Positions 26,645-38,265 of a stretch of 64,000 nt of DNA are shown here, piece after piece; positions within the stretch are counted from its first letter, which is position 1; each line of letters begins with the position of its first letter. Source of the stretch: Macrostomum lignano (Eukaryota); the NCBI GenBank assembly GCA_002269645.1, contig NIVC01000384.1, positions 124,001 to 188,000 of the forward strand, read 5' to 3'. The position numbers and the translations under genes are program-made. The notes beneath the pieces were generated by a model. It had not been told where the DNA came from. It saw nothing but the letters and a program-made list of their open reading frames with translations, and did not search any database.

Positions 26645-26730
26645 CCAATCAGAGAGCAGGACGGCTCTCATTGGCTATCGCGAGGACTGGTGGGATTCCT
26701 GCTCTAGGCAGTGTAAAACTTGATATAAAA
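26645..26730 (+). promoter_or_regulatory. Proximal unc-5 promoter candidate: inverted CCAAT pair plus TATA box
   Basis: CCAAT 26645-49, ATTGG 26670-74, TATAAAA 26724-30, strong-Kozak ATG at 26803. Confidence 0.55.
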
Positions 26731-26802
26731 TAATAACATGCCAACAAAAGAGTCGCAACTTCTGACTCTGGGAAGGTTTTGACGACGAAGCAGCCGTTTA
26801 AA

Positions 26803-26908
26803 ATGGCAGGTTTTAACAGTCTAGCTTGCCTGCAAACAGCAATTATTAGTTTTCTGCTCCTAATAGAGTTGCCTTTATCAAGCAACGCAGCCGATACCAT
26901 GCTTACAG
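26803..26908 (+). CDS. unc-5: Candidate alternative proximal first-exon extension of unc-5 exon 2 (second signal peptide)
   Basis: AAAATGG (strong Kozak) at 26803, in frame with Ig1: MAGFNSLACLQTAIISFLLLIELPLSSNA-ADT. Preceded by CCAAT, ATTGG and TATAAAA. Confidence 0.6.
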
Positions 26909-27274
26909 GCACCGCGGTGAAACTTCTCAGCGACGATGAGAAAACTCTGCCAGGAGCTCCGAGATTTGTCAAAGAGCCGGACAAGGAGTACTTCACATCC
27001 GCCAGCCAGCCTGCGGTCATCAGGTGCACAGCCAAGCACGCCACCTACATGACCATCCACTGCAACGGCAAAATGTTGGAGCAGAAAGTGGAAGTTGCTC
27101 ACGATGTTGACCGGCCAGATAGGCAGAATTTCCATCTGGCGATTGGCTACGATTTGGTGAGACAGTGGCGCGGCGATGCCTTCTACTGCCAGTGCGAGGC
27201 TTGGGCGAGGATCCCCGACCTGGGCAATGACTACAGGAAAATACTCAGCTCGAAGGGCACCGTGAAATTAGCTG
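26909..27274 (+). CDS. unc-5: unc-5 exon 2, Ig-like domain 1
   Basis: PRFVKEP..PAVIRCTA..IHCNG..FYCQCEAW resembles UNC5 Ig1. Acceptor ttacag|G 26908 (alternative gcag| 26890, same phase). Donor G|GTGAGT 27275. Confidence 0.9.
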
Positions 27275-27314
27275 GTGAGTTTATTGTGGGAACATATGAG
27301 GAGAGATTGCGCCT

Positions 27315-28755
27315 GAAATTAATTAGATATGGCGCCTGAAGTCAGTTAGATATGGCGCCTGAAGTCAGTTAGATATGGCGCCTGAAATCAGTTAGAGATG
27401 GCGCCTGAAGTCAGTTAGATATGGCGCCTGAAGTCAGTTAGATATGGCGCCTGAAGTCAGTTAGATATGGCGCCTGAAGTCAGTTAGAGATGGCGCCTGA
27501 AGTCAGTTAGAGATGGCGCCTGAAATAAATTAGATATGGCGCCTAAAGTCAGTTAGAGATGGCGCCTGAAATCAGTTAGAGATGGCGCCTAAAGTCAGTT
27601 AGAGATGGCACCTGAAGTCAGTTTGAGATGGCGCCTGAAGTCAGTTAGAGACGGCGCCTGAAGTCAGTTAGAGATGGCGCCTAAAGTCAGTTAGAGATGG
27701 CACCTGAAGTCAGTTAGAGATGGCGCCTGAAGTCAGTTAGAGACGGCGCCTGAAATCAGTTAGAGATGGCACCTGAAATCAGTTAGAGATGGCGCCTGGA
27801 GTCAATTAGAGATGGCACCTGAAGTCAGTTAGAGATGGCGCCTGAAGTCAATTAGAGATGGCGCCTGAAGTCAGTTAGAGATGGCGCCTGAAGTCAGTTA
27901 GAGATGGCGCCTGAAGTCAGTTAGAGATGGCGCCTGAAATCAGTTAGATATGGCACCTGAAGTCAGTTAGAGATGGCACCTGAAATCAGTTAGAGATGGC
28001 GCCTGGAGTCAATTAGAGATGGCACCTGAAGTCAGTTAGAGATGGCGCCTGAAGTCAATTAGAGATGGCGCCTGAAGTCAGTTAGAGATGGCGCCTGAAG
28101 TCAATTAGAGATGGCGCCTGAAGTCAGTTAGATATGGCACCTGAAGTCAGTTAGAGATGGCACCTGAAATCAGTTAGAGATGGTGCCTGAAGTCAGTTAG
28201 AGATGGCGCTTGAAGTCAGTTAGATATGGCAGCGCCTGAAATCAGTTAGATATGGCGCCTGAAGTCAGTTAGAGATGGCACCTGAAATCAGTTAGATATG
28301 GCACCTGAAGTCAGTTAGAGATGGTGCCTGAAGTCAGTTAGAGATGGCGCTTGAAGTCAGTTAGATATGGCAGCGCCTGAAATCAGTTAGATATGGCGCC
28401 TGAAGTCAGTTAGAGATGGCACCTGAAATCAGTTAGATATGGCACCTGAAGTCAGTTAGAGATGGCACCTGAAATCAGTTAGAGATGGTGCCTGAAGTCA
28501 GTTAGAGATGGCGCTTGAAGTCAGTTAGATATGGCAGCGCCTGAAATCAGTTAGATATGGCGCCTGAAGTCAGTTAGAGATGGCACCTGAAATCAGTTAG
28601 ATATGGCACCTGAAGTCAGTTAGAGATGGTGCCTGAAGTCAGTTAGAGATGGCGCCTGAAGTCAGTTAGAGATGTCGCCTGAAGTCAGTTAGATATGGCA
28701 CCTGAAGTCAGTTAGAGATGGCGCCTGAAATCAGTTCTAGATATGGCGCTCAAGT
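27315..28755 (+). repeat. 23 bp minisatellite at start of intron 2
   Basis: Unit GGCGCCTGAAGTCAGTTAGAGAT. Confidence 0.97.
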
Positions 28756-29269
28756 CAGCAGTCGCTAATTTTCTTTCAAAAAATCTGTGCATTTTTCTGG
28801 CTCCCTATTTACAGAAGGGGAATTACTATTCCGACATTATTTACCCAATAAATATCTTTAACCAAACATAATCTAAACTCTAGCTTTCTTAAAAATAAAA
28901 CCAGACAAAATAATTAGAAGGCAGGAAAAACAAATGTATCATTTTTAAACTTCTGAATCAAGCTTTATAGAAAAAGGTTCTTTTTAAAAAATGTATCCAA
29001 TTCAATGAAACAAACTATTTAAAACAAAGGAAGGTGAATTTTTGAATTGCGAAAGCTTTAGTTATTTTTTAATTTTTGGTTGCAAAATTTTTTTCGCAAA
29101 GTTCGGAGTTGCCGCTTGAGTTGGAGAATAAAAACTGGGTACTCACTGTGCTCCGAGCCTGGTGTAGCTCGAAAATCGATTCTTGTTCATCCGCATGTAC
29201 GCCGGTTGGCTTGGGATGAACAATGGCTCACTGCGAGGCCGAATACAGTAGAGATGTTTTGCGTCTCTT

Positions 29270-30060
29270 TTCACCCTCTCTTTGACTTCTCGTTACCCTC
29301 TCTTTCCTCTCTCTTTGACTTCTCGTTACCCTCTCTTTCCTCTCTCTTTGACTTCTCGTTACCCTCTCTTTCCTCTCTCTTTGACTTCTCGTTACCCTCT
29401 CTTTCCTCTCTCTTTGACTTCTCGTTACCCTCTCTTTCCCCTCTCTTTGACTTCTCGTTACCCTTTCTTTCCCCTCTCTTTGACTTCTCGTTACCCTCTC
29501 TTTCCCCTCTCTTTGACTTCTCGTTACCCTCTCTTTCCAATCTCTTTGACTTCTCGTTACCCTCTCTTTCCCCTCTCTTTCCCCTCTCTTTGACTTCTCG
29601 CTACCCTCTCTTTCCCCTCTCTTTGACTTCTCGTTACCCTCTCTTTCCCCTCTCTTTGACTTCTCGTTACCCTCTCTTTCCCCTCTCTTTGACTTCTCGT
29701 TACCCTCTCTTTCCCCTCTCTTTCCCCTCTCTTTGACTTCTCGCTACCCTCTCTTTCCCCTCTCTTTGACTTCTCGTTACTCTCTCTTTCCCCTCTCTTT
29801 GACTTCTCGCTACCCTCTCTTTCCCCTCTCTTTGACTTCTCGTTACTCTCTCTTTCCCCTCTCTTTGACTTCTCGTTACCCTCTCTTTCCCCTCTCTTTC
29901 CCCTCTCTTTGACTTCTCGTTACTCTCTCTTTCCCCTCTCTTTGACTTCTCGTTACCCTCTCTTTACCCTCTCTTTCCCCTCTCTTTGACTTCTCGTTAC
30001 CCTCTCTTTACCCTCTCTTTCCCCTCTCTTTGCCCTCTCGTTACCCTTTCTTTCCCCTCT
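29270..30060 (+). repeat. 33 bp pyrimidine-rich minisatellite
   Basis: Unit CTTTGACTTCTCGTTACCCTCTCTTTCCCCTCT. Confidence 0.96.
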
Positions 30061-30904
30061 CTTTACCCTCTCTTTACCTTCCCTCTCTTTACCTTCTCTT
30101 TCCCCTCCCGTTGCCCTCTCTGTGCCCTCTTTTTATCCCCTCTGTACCCTCTTTTTCCTTAATCTTTACCCTCTCTTTCCCCTCTTCTCAAAACTCTTCT
30201 CTGTATGTATTACTATCCAGCTCGCGGTTAAAAATTGTTATTGTCAGAATTATTTATTCGGTTTCTTTCCGAAGACACTATAATAAACCTATAGCGTGTA
30301 TCATACAACCAGATCAAGTTTCTAATGCTCTTACAAAGCTTTCAAGGCTTACAAGCAGAGAAAAGTTACGCAACGAAGTTTTCGATTTCAACCAAGAACT
30401 GGGACTGGACCCCCGTTGCGCGCGCTGTGGTTGCTGTTCCGGTCTTTGTTACGCTTCAATAGATCTCTGCATGTATATAATATATGCGTGCGGTTGCACA
30501 AAGACTAAATTAATGACTAGTAGCCACATGCCACATGGGGCTGAGAAGCTCCTACTCTCAACAATAGAGCCATAATAATGAGTTGACACCGGCGCTTGAC
30601 GATGACCGATCGATGGGATTTGGGCCGATGGGAAGACGATTTATACAAAGCCCCTAGTTTGACTTGACCTTGTAACTTTGACTTAATCAGTAAAGGAGAT
30701 CGCAGAATTCTTGAGACTTTTTTTGAGGAAGCGACGTAGCGCACTTCCCAGACATCCGACAGAGAGTTGTTGGAGTGTTGCCGAAAGTTCCGGTGTGAGT
30801 GAAATCCCTATTCTGAGATGCCTGATTTTCTGTGCAATTGCAAGTATTTGACTTTCAATTTATGCTAATTAGTTTAGCTAGTTAAATGAAAATAGAAAGT
30901 CAGA

Positions 30905-31445
30905 AGCAGGTAGATAGAACATAGATAGACAGAGAGATAGAACACATATAGACGGAGATAGAACACAGACAGGGAGATAGAACACAGATAGACAGGGAGA
31001 TAGAACACAGAGTAGACAGGGAGATAGAACACAGAGTAGACAGGGAGATAGAACCCAGGTAGACAGGGAGATAGAACACAGAGTAGACAGGGAGATAGAA
31101 CACAGATAGACAGGGAGATGGAACACATATAGACAGGGAGATAGAACACCAATAGACAGGGAGATGGAACCCAGGTAGACAGGGAGATAGAACACATATA
31201 GACAGGGAGATGGAACCCAGGTAGACAGGGAGATAGAACACATATAGACAGGGAGATAGAACACCAATAGACAGGGAGATGGAACCCAGGTAGACAGGGA
31301 GATAGAATACGGATAGACAGGGATATAGAACATAGATAGACAAAAATGAAACACAGATAGAAAGGGACCCAGATAGACACGGAGATAGAACACAGATACC
31401 CTGGTAGACAGGGAGATAGAACACAGGTAGACAGGGAGATGAACA
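30905..31445 (+). repeat. 22-24 bp minisatellite
   Basis: GACAGGGAGATAGAACAC core. Confidence 0.92.
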
Positions 31446-32044
31446 GATGGGCTGCTTTCAGTTAGCTCCTAGACTTTAAAGTCCATTGTTTTTTAAGCAT
31501 CGCATTCTCCGGTAAAGCATACAGAAAATGAGTAGCATTTTGGTGGATTTTATTACACAACTCTTTAAACTGTTTGATAATACGCTGAAATGCTGACTGA
31601 CAGACGCGCTGGTGGTGTGCTGCATTCCTATACAAGATGGGGAAAAGCAACACTGATGATGGGAAATGGGATGCTATAGATAAAGCTTCTTTTGGGAAAA
31701 CTAGAAAATTGTTCATCAGCTTTTGTCAGACGGTTTTCTCGTGTTTTTAATTACCTCTCAGGGTCGGACAAGGGCCTCGGCGCTCTGGCTGAGAGATAAG
31801 ATAAGCTGCTAGGAATTGACGAACGCACACTATTGAATGGGAAGGTGATGCCGCGAGGAATTTGAGACTTACATGTAGCACCAAACTATTCCTTGGACGC
31901 CTAAAAGCATGCATGTATGTTAGGGACTTTCTAGAGAATGCAAAATTAGTTATGATTTGTTCCTGGCCGTAGCTCGTACCTCGTCTTTTTGGCTGCAGCG
32001 GAGATAGAAGGATCACTCTTAAACAAAATGTGGAAACGGAGTTA

Positions 32045-32365
32045 GGGGCAGCAGCACCCCAGTAAATGAGCGGGGAACGGGGTAGATGGGTAGAGGGGCA
32101 GCAGCACCCCATTAAATGAGCGGGGAACGGGGTAGATGGGTAGAGGGGCAGCAGCACCCCATTAAATGAGCGGGGAACGGGGGTAGAGGGGTAGAGGGGC
32201 AGCAGCACCCCATTAAATGAGCGGGGAATGGGGGTAGAGGGGTAGAGGGGCAGCAGCACCCCACTAAATGAGCGGGGAACGGGGTCAGGGGGGGTAGAGG
32301 GGCAGCAGCACCCCACTAAATGAACAGGGAATGGGCGTAGAGGGGAGCAGCATCCCATTAAATGA
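32045..32365 (+). repeat. ~50 bp G-rich minisatellite (~6 copies)
   Basis: Unit GGGGCAGCAGCACCCCATTAAATGAGCGGGGAACGGGGTAGATGGGTAGA. Confidence 0.93.
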
Positions 32366-32840
32366 ACGCGAGTAGAGTGTGGGAGTGGGGTATAGGGGTC
32401 ATATTAAGCCTAAAACACAGTTCAAGTACGGTGTCCGAGCGTATATGCTCGTAAATTTCAGGGATGTAATGCTTATTAGACAAATAACTTCTCACTGAGG
32501 ATGGAGCTTTATCAGAGAAATCTACACCCAAGCATCTATTCATCCAAATTTGTTTTCAAGATATGCAGAGAAAAAAAGAGTCAATTTGGCGGCAAACAGA
32601 GTCGGCGGAGAACTCTGAGAACACTGCTCAAGCTCCAGTCTCTAATGGCCATCAACTCGGGGGGGACGGAAATCACTTAGGATAAATTGAATTTTTCATC
32701 CAATTCTAGAATTTTCTTCTCATTCATGCACTATTTTGCATTCAAATCTAAATGGAAGGCGTTGAATAGTCAGTGTTCTTCCTAACAACTATATAAAATC
32801 TATTCAATACTAACTATAGTCTCTTACAAAACTTTTTCAG

Positions 32841-32950
32841 GCTTTGAGTCGCACTCGTTCCAGTTCGATCCGCTGCCGGCCAACGTACCTCTGGACACCA
32901 GCAACCTGCTCATGTCCTGCACACCGCCCAAGGGCAACCCCAAGCCGACG
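32841..32950 (+). CDS. unc-5: unc-5 exon 3, N-terminal half of Ig-like domain 2
   Basis: Not in the ORF track. tttttcag|GC TTT GAG gives GFESHSFQFDPLPANVPLDTSNLLMSCTPPKGNPKPT, then |GTGAGA. Phase 1 to 0. CxPPxGxP is the UNC5 Ig2 motif. Confidence 0.9.
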
Positions 32951-32954
32951 GTGA

Positions 32955-33660
32955 GAAGGAGAGGAGAGAGAGAATAGGAGAGGGTAAAGAAGGGGAGAGA
33001 GGAGAGAGGAAGGGAGGGAGGGGAGAGAGGGAAGAGAAGAGGGGAGAGAGAGAAGAGAAGAGGGGTGAGAGGGAGAGAGAGGAGAGAAGAGGGGAGAGGT
33101 GGAGAGAGGGAGAGAGGGGAGAGAGGGGAGAGAGGGAGAGAGGGGAGAGAGGGGAGAGAGGGGAGAGAGGGGAGAGAGGGGAGAGAAGAGGGGAGAGAGG
33201 GGAGAGAAGAGGGGAGAGGTAGAGAGGGGGGAGAGAGGGGAGAGGGGAGAGAGGGGAGAGAGGGGAGAGAGAGAGGGAGAGAGGGGAGAGAGGGGAGAGA
33301 GGGGAGAGAGAGAGGGGAGAGAGGGGAGAGAGGGAGAGAGAGAGGGAAGAGGGGAGAGAGGGGAGAGAGGGGAGAGAGGGGAGAGAGGGGAGAGAGGGGA
33401 GAGAGGGGAGAGAGGGGAGAGAGGGGAGAGAAGAGGGGAGAGAGGGGAGAGAAGAGGGGAGAGGTGGAGAGGGGAGAGAGGGGAGAGAGGGGAGAGAGGG
33501 GAGAGAGGGAGAGAGAGAGGGGAGGGAGAGAGGGGAGAGGGGAGAGAAGGAAAAATAGGAGAAAGAGAGGAGAGAAGAGGGAAAAGAGGGAAAGAAGAGA
33601 AGAAATATGGGAGAGGGGAGAGGAAAGAGTAGACAGAACAGAGGAGATGGGAAAGAGGTA
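32955..33660 (+). repeat. Purine-only array at start of intron 3
   Basis: (GAGAGGGGA)n. Confidence 0.96.
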
Positions 33661-34254
33661 AAAAGTCTTGGAGTTTAATCGCATTAATCAATATATAATT
33701 GAGCCCAGCAACACGAAATGTCGCAGCCAACCAAAAGTATATACTATAATTGCCAGTTAATTATCTCCCCAGCAATCAGACCTGCGCTTACGAGCCCACA
33801 GTTCCATTAGCTACCGTCATTTTTCGCTGAGGCATTTTCAGAAAAATGACGTTTGCCAGATCAGATATATCAGATTTTGTATAAGCGCAAAACTGTTCAC
33901 GAATTCTGTTCCATAAATTCCTTAATGTTTGAGGGAGTTTCTCACGAAACCGAGAGCAGCAGGTGCGCCTTCCTCGCCTTGGTAACAGAAATTCGAGAAA
34001 TGGCAAAGAGAATAATAGGGGGGGGGGCAGGGAGAGCTAGCGTGACTGCTTGTAATTTTCTGCTTGTGTGATCTTTCATTGTTGCTCTTTGAGTTTGAGT
34101 TTTCTGTCTTCGTTCCACTGTTAGTCAGGAACAGGATTATGAGAAATTCTATCTATCATTGTTGTTTTCAAGTAACATGAGATGAGATATTTTGTTATAG
34201 TCATTTAATATTTGTTGCGGTCATGGACAGTTCTATGACTGATTAGTCATGCTA

Positions 34255-34915
34255 AATCACTGAATGTCTATGACCTGCTACAGCCAGTCATTAGTCTTAT
34301 GGATAATTGGTCATAGACATTCATTGTTATGGATAATTGGTCATAGACATTCAGTGTTATGGATAGTTGGTCATAGACATCCAGTCTTATGGATAATTGG
34401 TCATAGACATTCAGTATGGATAATTGGTCATAGACATTCAGTCTTATGGATAATCGGTCATAGACATTCAGTCTTATAGATAATTGGTCATAGACATTCA
34501 GTCTTATAGGTAATTGGTCATAGACATTCAGTCTTATAGGTAATTGGTCATAGATATTCAGTCTTATAGGTAATTGGTCATAGACATTCAGTCTTATAGA
34601 TAATTGGTCATAGACATTCAGTCTTATAGATAATTGGTCATAGACATTCAGTCTTATAGATAATTGGTCATAGACATTCAGTCTTATAGATAATTGGTCA
34701 TAGACATTCAGTCTTATAGATAATTGGTCATAGACATTCAGTCTTATGGATAATTGGTCATAGACATTCAGTCTTATAGATAATTGGTCATAGACATTCA
34801 GTCCTATGGATAATTGGTCATAGACATTCATTGTTATGGATAATTGGTCATAGACATTCAGTGTTATGGATAATTGGTCATAGACATCCAGTCTTATGGA
34901 TAATTGGCCATAGAA
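34255..34915 (+). repeat. 30 bp minisatellite
   Basis: Unit TCATAGACATTCAGTCTTATAGATAATTGG. Confidence 0.96.
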
Positions 34916-35110
34916 AATCAGAATCCAGACTATTTAGTCACAGACAATCCCTATTATGACTAATTAGTCATAGACAATCCATATCATGACTAATCGGTCA
35001 TAAAAATCAGTCAAATGACGACTTGATCATATTTACTTATGACTAACCTGTCCTGCCACAATAAATAGCGATGTGATTACAGTAGACTACAAAACCAATT
35101 TCGCCGCCAG

Positions 35111-35297
35111 GTGAGCTGGCTCAAGAACGGCCATCCGTTGAACCTGACTGAACCAGACGGCGCTCGATTCACCGTGGATCACCAGGGCCAGCTCATCATC
35201 CGACCGCTGAGGCTGGAGGATGCCGGCAACTACAGCTGCGTGGCCGAGATTCTGGGCGTGAAGGTCCGGTCCAAATCGGCCAGTCTGATTATTCATG
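35111..35297 (+). CDS. unc-5: unc-5 exon 4, C-terminal half of Ig-like domain 2
   Basis: VSWLKNG...LIIRPLRLEDAGNYSCVAE (I-set Ig, DxGxYxC). cag| acceptor 35110, G|GTGAGT donor 35298. Phase 0 to 1. Confidence 0.93.
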
Positions 35298-35344
35298 GTG
35301 AGTTGGGGGAGATAGGAACGGTGGAAAGGTGAGATGCATGGAAG

Positions 35345-35790
35345 TAGGTAGGGATCAAGATGTAGGGATCTGGATAGAGATGAGATGCAGGGAGCTTAGA
35401 TAGAGATGAGATGCAGGGAGCTTAGATAGAGATGAGATGCAGGGAGCTTAGATAGAGATGAGATGCAGGGAGATAGATAGAGATGAGATGCAGGGAGCTA
35501 GATAGGGATGAGATGCAGGGAGATAGATAGAGATGAGATGCAGGGAGCTAGATAGGGATGAGATGCAAGGAGCTGGAATGAGATGAGATGCAGGGAGCTA
35601 GATAGAGATGAGATGCAGGGAGCTAGATAGAGATGAGATGCAGGGAGCTAGATAGAGATTAGATACAGGGAGCTAGATATAGATTATATGTAGGGAGCTA
35701 GATAAAGATGAGATGCAGGGAGATAGATAGAGATGAGATGAGATGAGAGATGAGATGAGAGATGAGATGAGAGATGAGATGAGATAAGGA
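35345..35790 (+). repeat. 25 bp minisatellite (GAGATGCAGGGA family, +)
   Basis: Unit GAGATGAGATGCAGGGAGCTAGATA. Confidence 0.93.
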
Positions 35791-36345
35791 TGATGCAGCA
35801 CAGTTTCAATCGAACAGCTGCATCTGTTTCATTCCAGAATAAAACGCTGCTTTAACAAACATTAACCCAGAAATGATCGCATCCCAATAAAATATCAAAG
35901 CAAAAATATTTTCTTTGGCAATGAAAACCTACAGACATATTAAGAACAGGCCTTGCCTCTCTTAAATGGTCATTTGAAAAGAATTCTCTTACGGGGAAAT
36001 GATAAATATCTTCTGGATTCTGCAACAGCTGCTCGCCTCCCCCTAGAAGAGGAAAAAAAGAATCCTATTTGGATTTCTCTTCGCTTTCGCCAGAAGACAT
36101 TGTTGTTGACCACTTTATGATTTTACAAGAAGCAATAGCCATTGGAACAGCCAAGACCAGACAACGGTTGCGGCGTGGATGAAAGAAAACATTTCCTGGC
36201 CCTCCGGCCCCGGATGACGAATTGCCGATGCCCGTTGCTTCTGAAGAGAAACTTCTGTCGCAGGCCACCAAAGTCGTGGAATTTCCTTGCTGAAATCTGA
36301 TGAATGAGACGGAACTGATGGCCCTCATAGATTCTTGTCTAAGGA

Positions 36346-37250
36346 TCGATTTCCCTTCATCTCCGACCCTGCGTGACTTCGATCCCTTTATCTCCGACCC
36401 TGCGTCACTTCGATCCCTTCATCTCCGACCCTGCGTCACTTCGATCCCTTCATCTCCGACCCTGGTGTCACTTCGATCCTTTCATCTCCGACCCTGGTGT
36501 CACTTTGATCCCTTCATCTCCGACCCTGCGTCACTTTGATCCCTTCATCTCCGACCCTGCGTCACTTCGATCCCTTCATCTCCGACCCTGGTGTCACTTC
36601 GATCCCTTCATCTCCGACCCTGGTGTCACTTTGATCCCTTCATCTCCGACCCTGCGTCACTTCGATCCCTTCATCTCCGACCCTGGTGTCACTTCGATCC
36701 CTTCATCTCCGACCCTGCGTCACTTCGATCCCTTCATCTCCGACCCTGGTGTCACTTCGATCCTTTCATCTCCGACCCTGCGTCACTTCGATCCCTTCAT
36801 CTCCGACCCTGCGTCACTTCGATCCCTTCATCTCCGACCCTGGTGTCACTTTGATCCCTTTATCTCCGACCCTGCGCCACTTCGATCCCTTCATCTCCGA
36901 CCCTGGTGTCACTTCGATCCCTTCATCTCCGACCCTGGTGTCACTTTGATCCCTTCATCTCCGACCCTGCGTCACTTCGATCCCTTCATCTCCGACCCTG
37001 GTGTCACTTTGATCCCTTCATCTCCGACCCTGCGCCACTTCGATCCCTTCATCTCCGACCCTGGTGTCACTTCGATCCCTTCATCTCCGACCCTGCGTCA
37101 CTTTGATCCCTTCATCTCCGACCCTGCGTCACTTCGATCCCTTCATCTCCGACCCTGGTGTCACTTCGATCCCTTCATCTCCGACCCTGGTGTCACTTCG
37201 ATCCCTTCATCTCCGATCCTGCGTCACTTCGATCCCTTCATCTCGAACCC
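36346..37250 (-). repeat. 31/32 bp minisatellite (GAGATGAAGGGA family, inverted)
   Basis: + strand unit CTTCGATCCCTTCATCTCCGACCCTG(C/GT)GTCA. Confidence 0.96.
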
Positions 37251-37994
37251 TTCCCCACTGTTTATATCTACTTTTAACACGAATCCATTGGGAACTGGAA
37301 CTACACAGACTCTCGCTATTGTACAAACCAGAACAAAGAAAACACCAACACTTTCGATACATATCGTGTATTGCCCAGATCTGCAGCGCCTCTAACCCCA
37401 GTCCACTCTGTCAACTTCAGTCCGACTGTAAATAATTATTTTTTAGCTTTCACCCCCCCTCTGGCCCGGCTAATCCCCAAAGCCCCGGAGAGGGCGACTT
37501 AAGGGTATAAAGGGGGGCAGCAGTTGCCGGCCAGGTAGAGGCAGACAACTTTCTGGGGGATTAGAGGCTGGGGGGATTTTTCAGGAGCAAGGATAATCTC
37601 CCCGTGCCATCTCTGGGACTTAGGGGTCGGCATATTTTCTAGCTCGGCCGCAATTCAAAACACACACACGCGCGCAGTGGAACTAACAAACTGATGACGA
37701 ACGCTGAAGATGATGAAGGATTCAAGGGCTGCTGAATGCTTAGATTTTTCTTTCTTTGGAAGTCTCTCTGAAAGTGACTTAAGACTTTTGAGGATTTGTT
37801 CAATCGGCAGGAGACCAGCAAAATTCGCGATCTGAACAGCACGGCAGAGCGCAGTGGTGGGAAGATCCGAATCGATGTGGGGAGGGGCGGGTTGAGAGAA
37901 GTACTTTGTTTGGGACATTTCATCCTCCACTTCTGTTTAGGTTGTAAACAGATGGTTTTGTATACTATCATGTAGGGGTGGAATAGGTACGGAT

Positions 37995-38265
37995 GCGAAA
38001 GAAAAGTTCGATGAAACGGTGTAGAAAGATACAGAAAGATTCAGAAAGATTCAGAAAGATACAGAAAGATACAGAAAGATACAGAATGATACAGAATGAA
38101 ACAGAAAGATACAGAAGGATACAGAATGATACAGAAAGATACAGAAAGATACAGAAAGATACAGAAAGATACAGAAAGATACAGAATGACACAGAATGAT
38201 ACAGAATGATACAGAAAGATGCAGAATGAAACAGAAAGATACAGAAAGATACAGAAAGATACAAA
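37995..38265 (+). repeat. 10 bp minisatellite
   Basis: (AGATACAGAA)n. Confidence 0.92.

Noticed and set aside
26921-26931. Acceptor cttctcag| at 26930 for exon 2
   Set aside because: Phase 2, incompatible with the phase-1 donor of exon 1a.
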